Source: Mesotaenium endlicherianum (lineage: Eukaryota). From it: 21,089 nucleotides of DNA. A program made the translations under genes and the position numbers. Under the pieces are notes generated by a model, which had not been told where the DNA came from, ran no database searches, and was given only the letters and a program-made list of their open reading frames with translations. Location: the NCBI GenBank assembly GCA_009602735.1, contig WELA01002166.1, positions 105,891-126,979 on the forward strand, read 5' to 3'. Positions 9,797 to 18,568 of the stretch are shown here, in pieces. Within the stretch, counting starts at the first letter, position 1; each line of letters starts with the position of its first letter.

Positions 9797-10994
9797 TGCC
9801 AGAGGGTGGCCAGCTAGAGGGGGGCCAGCCATGGCGGCGGCTGGAAGCACGGTGACTGGGGTTGCTGAACGTAACAAAAATAATAGGGTGTGAGGTTGAG
9901 TATGACTGTTGGGAGATTCTTGACAGAAAGCAGCCTTGACTGTCGTGAGCACGCAATAGTTGCTTGGCAAACAATTCGATGACTGATTCTGTTTGGTGAT
10001 GACTTTTGTTCCAAATTCAAACTTGACGCGTGTAGTATTGTCTCAAGGTAAGTCGTCAAACCTGTGTTGGACAGCTGGCTGTTGTTAATAAGACCAGGTA
10101 TGCAATAGGCTTGCGACATGGGCATCCATGAAATTTTTCTTCATCTCAAAATTGAAGACTTAGTCTGTACTTCAATCAAAAAAGTACGGCGCTTGCAACG
10201 GAAGCGCATCTAATTCATTATTATAGTGCAGCTGCAGAAAATGTCACTGCCTCGGGTGCTATATTGATAGGGGTGCACTCATTAATCCTTGTGTGCAATA
10301 AAGGAAGAATGAAGTCAATGGCACTAAAGACGGGGCAGTCAGATAGTTACTCTCAAATAAAGCCTCTTGCGGGGAAAGTCAGAGAGATACAAATTTAATT
10401 TACATTCTTACTCGCAGCACAATGGGCTAAAGTGTTTGGAAGTGACCTCTATTGTGGCCCAACCTTCAGCTTTATTTATTTACATACCATTCCTCATGGA
10501 AGTGATCGACAGGTCAGTTTCCAAAGGGGGGATCAGATTAACTTTGTCTGAGCGTGTGGATGGTATGCACTCACAAAGACATTCAAACGGACTCGTCCCG
10601 AAGCATGTACTCCCGATCGAGTCCCGACACAAGCGGGCATAGGAGTGCAGTTGAAGAATCAAGCGTCTTCCACTATCGGTTGTGCAAAGATTTGGATGAC
10701 TTCTCTTGAGCTGGGTGTATGTTTCTCTGGCAACCTGTGGGCTGATCGAGCGTGCGCAAAAGGTTTGCACCTACGCCAATACGTCAACTGATTTCATTCG
10801 CGCCGTCATTCCCGAAGCAAGAGGGTCTTGTTCAAGCACTCCTGATCTGCGGGACTCACGGTGGAGGTGCCAATTGGCAAGAAGTGGCTGTACATTGGTA
10901 TGCATTTCTCTTTCTTCGTTTCTGTTGTCCAAAGCAATCCATATTTTTCACAGCTCTTTGCTTCCGAGAAAGACTCTATGTAGAAGGACTCGGA

Positions 10995-11060
10995 GCTGAG
11001 GTAGCTGTTGACACTCATACATCTGGCGCTGAGGTAGCTGTTGACACTCATACATCTGGC
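10995..11060. repeat. Perfect 33-bp tandem duplication (2 copies)
   Basis: GCTGAGGTAGCTGTTGACACTCATACATCTGGC at 10995-11027 and 11028-11060. Confidence 0.95.
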
Positions 11061-11744
11061 CGGTGTATACCCCCCGAAGGGCAACACACAACGCTGGCTT
11101 GCGCGCAGCACATGCAAGCACCTCCACAAGCCAAGCCCTATATATCGTGCAATGACGACAAGCTATGGGGGCTGGCAGTAGACATCTCTGCACTGACGTC
11201 AGTACACCCTGCCGCAACGACAGTCGGCTGTGCCGTTACGACACTTTGACTAACAATACTCTGCCGGAACGATACTCGCCAAAGAAACCCTCCTCATCAT
11301 CATCACCATCATCATCATCATCAGAGGCGATGGGCTCGCCTCCGCAGTAGGCCCATTTGAGATCAAAATGCCGTGCAGCAACTGACGACAATCAGAGCTG
11401 TGGCTGCTTGCAGGATGCGCAAGCCTACGGGCCAAATGCTATCGCAATCGCAAGGACATCCTTCCTTTGCAAGCAATAGCTCAATCAGTACCCCATATTA
11501 GGGGGCCGCGCTTGAATGCCCCCCCACACCAGATGAAGAAAAGCAATTGCCCCTGCAGCATGCAGCCTGGAGTCTGGCGCCTGCGGCTGCAACTCTAAAG
11601 CAACCCCTCAGACGCCCACGGCACCGCCTCCCAGCAGAGAAACCCCTGTGCCTTCCTCATGTGCGAGTCCAATCCCCAGCACCTTTTCATCGATACCCAA
11701 CATCAGAAAAAACGACCCCCACTTTTCGCCCCCCCGCCCCCCCC

Positions 11745-12057
11745 NNNNNNNNNNNNNNNNNNNNNNNNNNNNNNNNNNNNNNNNNNNNNNNNNNNNNNNN
11801 NNNNNNNNNNNNNNNNNNNNNNNNNNNNNNNNNNNNNNNNNNNNNNNNNNNNNNNNNNNNNNNNNNNNNNNNNNNNNNNNNNNNNNNNNNNNNNNNNNNN
11901 NNNNNNNNNNNNNNNNNNNNNNNNNNNNNNNNNNNNNNNNNNNNNNNNNNNNNNNNNNNNNNNNNNNNNNNNNNNNNNNNNNNNNNNNNNNNNNNNNNNN
12001 NNNNNNNNNNNNNNNNNNNNNNNNNNNNNNNNNNNNNNNNNNNNNNNNNNNNNNNNN
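11745..12057. other. Assembly gap (others at 4784-4928, 8708-8761, 16853-16875)
   Basis: N runs, each flanked by C-rich or poly-C sequence. Confidence 0.99.
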
Positions 12058-12863
12058 CCTCACCCCCCGTCCCCACGGCCCCTTCCCCCCAATCCTCCCG
12101 TCTCTCCATCCCTATCGCTCCTTGGACCCTTCCCTTTGCGGGCTCCCAAATCGGTGCCACGACCAAGCGCTAGGCGGCAGTACCTGTCGCTCACGCGCGC
12201 GTCTGTACACAAGGAGGACGGGAAGGAAGGATTGCCAAACACCTGGACATCCTGCGCCATGCACTGGGGATCACCAAGTGCCACCTGCTGTCGTGTGCGC
12301 TGTCGACGCGCTCACCCTGCTCAGGCGGCCTCTTCAAAACTATCTCTACGATGGCTCCCAGCAAAAAAAATGTTGCACCCGTAGATATCATAGGCATCAT
12401 AGATATCTCATATATATCATATATATTCACTATTTTGATGTCTATGGTTCTTGATGAGATGGAATACAATGACACTCAAGATTTGAGGAGCTGACGGCCT
12501 TCGTCACCGGGCAGGCTGCTGTGAGGCGCTGCTAGCATGGGTGGCAAAGGCACTCAGGCCGGCAGACAAGCACGCTATCACATGATACACCACTTCCTTG
12601 TAAGCACATGCTCCATAGTAAATATGCTTCATAATGAAAATAACTCACTTTTCCAGACAGATGTCAGCAATATGGGTACTCTTTGATACACACCCATCCT
12701 GCAACCTGCCTTTCTACCAACAACCGAATGCTCACCCATCCTCTAGTGCGCTCTGCTTCGCTTCGGATATTTTCTATTTTTTCCCATTGTTTTATTTTTC
12801 TCAAGGGCACACTGTCTCTCCTCTGCTCCGATTATTTGGACGCAGCCCCGAGCGGCGGCTGTC

Positions 12864-13871
12864 TCATGATATCTGTGCAAGGACGAGGCTGTCCACTAGG
12901 AGTCCAGTCTTGTAGCAGTTGCTGTAGTCCTTAAGCTGGACATTCAGCCGACAATCAATCCCCTCACTACTCCCCCTCCCCCTCCCACTACCCCCTGGGC
13001 CTTGGGGTCCAACCTCAATCTCCGCAAACTTCCACTCTAACCACTCTGGCAGCTCAGGCATGCCCTCGAGGACGTTGATGGCCCCTCTCTGCTCCTCCTC
13101 CCCTGCGAGGGCTATGGTGCTGACGACTGGCTCAGGCTGCCACGTGATGTAGCCATTGCAGGAAAGTCTCCAGGCAGCAGAGTATCGGCCAGGTGGCAGC
13201 ATGCAGATGATGTTGTCAGCCCTCACATCGAACCACCACACATGCCTCAGCTGAGCCACTGCCTCAAAGGGCGAGCCCTCCACTGGGTCTTCAATGTTCC
13301 AGTACTGAGGATGGTCCCCCCAGGTGATACTCATAGAAAGGGCCGCAGAGATGCTCAGCTTTGTCTTGCCTGTGCGGGGATCTATGGCCACGAGCTGCTT
13401 TCCTTCCCTCACAAGCAAACCCCCCCCGCAGAGCTCTTTGCACAGAAGCATATCACTCTTCAGGTGCTCCCCCCTGATGATGTATTCCGAGTCGGGATGA
13501 TACATCCTTGCCGGTAGGCTGCCGCCTTTGATTTCGGAAATCAGAGGGAGGGGTATCGCATCATGCAGTACGGGCGACCAGGCTGTATCTGAAGCTGCAG
13601 CCAAGGCCCAGCTTCGATTGACTAAGGATAAGCGTACTATGTCACGGGGGGGTAAAAACGAGAGCACAAGTGCTATACATGACTCCGGAAGTTCCGAGAT
13701 TGGGAAAAGGGAGAGCTCTTCATCCGAATACAGAGGAGGAGTACGGAATTCTACTTCTGCGCCCGATGATTGCACAGCAGGCCCCTCGCTGGTCATACTT
13801 ACGTTACTACAAGTTACCCGCTGAAAGAAATCATAAAACTTACTCCACATTTCTCGGGGTACACTGGGCAT
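12864..13871 (-). CDS. F-box protein with C-terminal phloem protein 2 (PP2/Nictaba-like) lectin domain
   Basis: 335-aa ORF. F-box: ISELPESCIALVLSFLPPRDIVRLSLVNRSWALAAASDTAW. PP2 motifs: SITWGDHPQYW, SPFEAVAQLRHVWWFDV, LPPGRYSAAWRL, WLEWKFAEI, KTGLLVDSLVL. True start may be 13871, 13796 or an upstream exon. Confidence 0.92.
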   Translation of the reverse strand: MPSVPREMWSKFYDFFQRVTCSNVSMTSEGPAVQSSGAEVEFRTPPLYSDEELSLFPISELPESCIALVLSFLPPRDIVRLSLVNRSWALAAASDTAWSPVLHDAIPLPLISEIKGGSLPARMYHPDSEYIIRGEHLKSDMLLCKELCGGGLLVREGKQLVAIDPRTGKTKLSISAALSMSITWGDHPQYWNIEDPVEGSPFEAVAQLRHVWWFDVRADNIICMLPPGRYSAAWRLSCNGYITWQPEPVVSTIALAGEEEQRGAINVLEGMPELPEWLEWKFAEIEVGPQGPGGSGRGRGSSEGIDCRLNVQLKDYSNCYKTGLLVDSLVLAQIS

Positions 13872-15189
13872 AAAATAAGCAGTCGCAAGCCTGTAGCCTA
13901 GATAAGTCTCCTCGAAACAATGAGATAATATATCCGGTGAGAAACAAGCTTGAGTGGCTTTAGCCTACTTCAGATGACTTCAGACCTTGGGCACAACGAT
14001 GTTCAGTGAGTCCTACGCAAGCTTCGTATTAGTTTACACTCATGACTTGCATGACTTGACAATGTGACATCTGCAAACTTTGTGGGCACGCCCTCCCAAG
14101 GTCCCAACTCCGGTGTCCGGGTTTAAGCTGGCCCAACTATCGTTATGTATACGACACTTGGCACCAGACATCGCGTGGGCCAGCGAAAGTCCTTGCGTGT
14201 TGACCAGCTCGGGAGTCGGAACATACGAAGTGAGAAAGAAATTGGTTTAATCAGATTAAATAAATGGCAAGCGAGCCAGTGAATCATATATGCAGTGATG
14301 CAACTATTGGGAATGAAATCAACCGCGAAAGTCAATGGAATTCAGAGTGGTCAAAGGTGTTTGGCTTGGTAATTGTAGGTAAGCAGAGCTGAGCTCCAAG
14401 AGTCCCGGTTAGTCCGGCCAGCCCCGGTCAGTCCCGGGCCTCGAACATCAAACGTGAGTAGTGGGAGTAGCATGTATTGGTCAACTATATAACAACTTGA
14501 CTAATATATATTCCTCGTTGTTCGTCGTTGCTTTCATAAGCCGCGGATTGATGCATGCGATGTACGGTCCTCATCGGGGCACATATGCGTAACATGGTGG
14601 TGCATAAAGCTCTACCGGCACTCACTTTTAGCCTCTCGTACAGTGGAGGGCCCAAGGGTCCCAGGGATGTCGCCAGAGGAAGTTGGATCATGGATGTGGG
14701 TAAAGACTGGTAAAAAGTCATTGCGGACGGTGTAGCACGATGTAGCACAGTGTAGGACGGTAGGATAGAGTCGGTGGACCGTGGGTCCTAAGAATGGGCT
14801 GCCAAAGCATGCCAGAAACTGGGCTTCGGGCCTGAGTGGCCCCGAGGCCGGAAGTGGAGCGTGACAGGTCGATGACCGTACTACGCCGTGCTAGGTCTGT
14901 GCTCGATCCTGATTCCCCACTCGGGTTGGCGTCAAAAGTGGTCGGTAGTTTTGTCAAGTCCAGGACCAGGAGTCATGAAGCGACTCTTTGTAGTGCTTTG
15001 TTGCTGTTTGTTGCTCTTAGCAGATATGAGTCTTCCTCGACAGAGACCGGAGGTCCCAGCCATTGACTCCGGAGTCCGCAGCAGATAAGATGGTAAAGAA
15101 GCCATCAATTCAGTGCGTACATCGTCTTTCTCGAAAAAGCATTCTGCAAGAGGCTCGCTTTTTCCTGCTGAATACCTTAGACCTCTAAG

Positions 15190-15318
15190 ATGGATCAGGG
15201 GGCTCGTGTGACGGGCGTCCTCCTCTTGCTGGGGGCGTTTCTGGTCCTAACTCAGTCCGCTCAGTCTGCGTCTACTCCGGCCGCTGACTCCGCGTCCAGA
15301 AATGATCCCGGGTTCAAA
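15190..15318 (+). CDS. Aspartic protease exon 1 (signal peptide)
   Basis: MDQGARVTGVLLLLGAFLVLTQSAQSA..., hydrophobic core with A-x-S/A cleavage-like site; donor AAA|gtaaga. Confidence 0.8.
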
Positions 15319-18300
15319 GTAAGACCTTGTACCCTACGCTTGTCAGTATCCGCCCCTTATTGTCATCAGAATCATTTTGTAAATGGGATCATGGGATTGA
15401 TAAGTGGATTGAAAGCACGCGCCACTCTGTTTGTCTGCTGCAACTGGTGTCAAGGGCACTCGTGAAAGGTCACTGCTCACCGTAATGAGGCTTCCTCTGT
15501 CTCAGCTCACTTTGGACGTGCAGAATTGCTTTGGAAGGCAGCTAGATAGCACCTATCCCTGCTGGGCTTGCATGACCCTTCCATGTATGCATCTGCATTT
15601 TCTTTCAGCAGGCGCGTGCCGCGCGTTCGCCGCCACTCAGGCAGCCTTGGATGTCTCCTCCTGCTACTGCTGCTACTCCTGCTGCTGGTAGCAGCTGCCG
15701 CTGCTGCTGCTCTGCTGCTACTGCTGCTACTGCTGCTGCTGCTGCTGCTATGCTACTGCTGTTACTGCTACTACTGCTGTTACTGCTACTACTGCTGCTG
15801 CTGCTGCTGCTACTGTTGCTACTGCTGCTGCTGCTGCTGCTGCTACTGTTGCTACTGCTGCTGCTCTGTTGCTGCTACTGCTGCTGCTGCTGCTGCTGCT
15901 AGTGTCAGTACTCGTACTGCTCAGACGAAACCCCTGCATGCGCGCTTGCGGCTCTCTTCCAAGTGTGTACATAGCCAGGCATTCACCCGCTCCAGTCAAT
16001 TCTCCCTGGCATGCACGTGTCTGGCGTCTGCAGGTGGGGATTGACGGGGGGAGAGAGCCCAGCCTGGAGGAGGCGCTGCCTGAGGTGGCGTCGCTGACTC
16101 ACTACTATGCAGGCCTGGAACAGGTGGTGAATGCCAGCGGCGTCCCCATGGAGTACTATGAACACCTGGCGGACAGGGACATGGCCAAGCACGCCCCCGA
16201 GGCCGCCGCCCGGGCGACTTACTCCACCAATGTGCAGCCCCTGTTTGGGAAGGTGTACCCCAACGCGTGAGTGGATGTGTGGATATCCTGTATGTTGATG
16301 ATAATGTAATACTATAATACAATAATGTATACACAATACTTATCTGACATATATGTGTAAACTACATATATATATCTATATATATTGCATATATGGATAT
16401 TACATATTATATTTATATAATATATTTATACTGTATGTGTGTATTTATATGATATAGAATCTGATGTGTGTATATTATAGATATTGTATAAATGTATATT
16501 ATATATGTTGTATATATGTATATTGTATATCATGTGTAAGATATATGTATGCTCTATATGTGTATTTCTATGATATAGAAATACACATGTACTATTCTAT
16601 GATATCGTATGTGCAGCCTTTCTCTGCACTCTGGTCTGTCTTCAGTTCGAGCACCCCCTGATGTCCTGTTGCGAATTCTTCGCAGAATTCTGTGAATCTC
16701 CTCGTTTGCAAGTCATGCTCTTGTCTGTTAATATAAACTTATGAGACAAGATCGCGCACAGGTGTGTCTCGATCTCTTCCTCCTCCTCTGTCTCTCCCTC
16801 GTTCCAGCGACTGCCCTGACAGCCTCCCCACAAGAGCTCCCCCCCCCCCCCCNNNNNNNNNNNNNNNNNNNNNNNCCCCCCCCCCCCTTTGGGGGGCCCC
16901 TCCACCTTTCCCTCTCCCACAAGCTTGCCGTTGGCTGTCGATTCGAATCAGCAGCCATGCAAGTGCACGCGACAAGTCAGCACGCTGCCACATGGCGTGC
17001 AGTGCCTTCTCTTGGGTCCCTAGGGCGTTGGGTGGCCCAGGGCTTGAGGGTCGTCTCCCGCAGCCCTTGCTGAGTGTCTGGCACCTTCATGCCTTTCCAC
17101 CTTCTGTGCCTGCCCCCCGCAGCTCCCGCTGCACCTTTCAGCTCCCTTGCAGCTGCCTGACAGCGCCAGAGACTGACCCCTGTCCCTCTCTCTCTCTCTT
17201 GTTTATGTGTGTGTGTGTGTGCGTGCGTGCGTGTGTTGTGTTGTGTGTGTGTGCGCGCGCGTGCGTGTGTGTGTGTGTGTGTGCGCGCGCGTGCGTGTGT
17301 GTGTGTGTGTGTGTGCGCGTGTGTGTGTGTACATGCGCGTGTGTGTGAGTGCGTGTGCGCACGCGTATGTGCTGCAGGTTGTACTCCATGTACATAAAGG
17401 TGGGGTCGCGCCGCCACCTGTTCCGCGTGCTCATAGACACGGGCAGCGACCTCACGTGGATTCCGTGCAGCCCCTGCACGCACTGCTCCTCCTCCAAAGT
17501 GAAGGTGGGGAGTACACGCCCTTTCCCCTCATTCTCCCCCCTTCCCCTTCCCCTCCCCCTTTTCCTCCCTCTTTTCGCTTTCCCTTTTGCTTTCCCTTTT
17601 CCTTTTGATATCTCGGCCCCGCCTCTTTTTGGACCTTCCACGCATTCAAGGATATAGTCGAGCGTGGACATTCTTCCTGACTTCCCATTGGCCCGTCATT
17701 CCTGAGCGCGCAGCCTTGCGGGCAAATTGGGCACACACACACCCACAGCTGCACGCACACAGGCACACAATCGCACTCACACTCCTGTGCACACATGCAC
17801 AGACACCAGTCGTTTATGCTAGCGCGCACGTGTATTTGTTGGTGCATATGCCTCCATGGATGTAAGCCATCAGACAATCCAGAAGGCCCTCGCACCTTTT
17901 TTTATTTCTTCGACCTTCTCCTTGTCAACCCCTTCCCTTCCCCCGTCCCCTTTTCCCTCCCTCTTCCCCTCCCTTTTGCCCTTCCCTCCCCTCCCCTACA
18001 CCCCTCCCCTCCCCCTCCTCCTCTCCCCCAAAGCCTCCTTCCCTGCGGGTTTTGCCTCCCCTCTCTCACCTCCGCAGAAACTGGCGAAGCCATTCAACAT
18101 CAAGCTCTCGAAGACCGCCACGGTGTACCCCTGCAACAGCGCCACGTGTCGCAACCCCGGAGAGCAGATGGGCGGGCCCACGACAAGCGCCTGCAGCGCG
18201 AAGGCCAGGGCATGCCACTACAAGTACGCTTACGCCGACGGGAGCACCACGGCGGGCGTGCTGATCCGCGACACCGTCACTCTGCTGGGGCCCAAGGCGC

Positions 18301-18527
18301 TCTCCTTCTCCACGCCCTTGGGGTATGTGCGTGGAGGCGTCCGTCTGTCTCGTTCTCTCTCTCTGGCGCTCTCTCTGGCGCTCTCTCTCTGGCGCTCTCT
18401 CTCTGGCGCTCTCTCTCTGGCGCCCTCTCTCTCTCTCTTCCTCTCCACCCCTACCTTCCTTCGCCTCTCATTTGTGCCTGCGTGCATGTGCGTGTGCATG
18501 TGCATGTGTATGTGCATGTGTTTGTAT

Positions 18528-18568
<41 letters not shown>

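Noticed and set aside
8369..9974. Minus-strand ORFs overlapping the PPR terminal exon
   Set aside because: Antisense shadows of GC-rich coding sequence.
10480..10770. Minus ORF containing GTSPFECL, reminiscent of a Ty3/gypsy integrase C-terminal motif
   Set aside because: Only a short match; no DDE core, RT, LTR or PBS seen nearby.
10995..11060. 33-bp repeat as a CRISPR array
   Set aside because: Two directly adjacent copies with no spacer, no cas genes, eukaryotic context.
15568..16044. Poly-Leu/poly-Cys ORFs and an extra protease exon after the TTTCAGCAG acceptor-like site at 15608/15611
   Set aside because: CTG/CTA repeat; no downstream donor in the needed phase, and exon 1 joins exon 2 cleanly without it.
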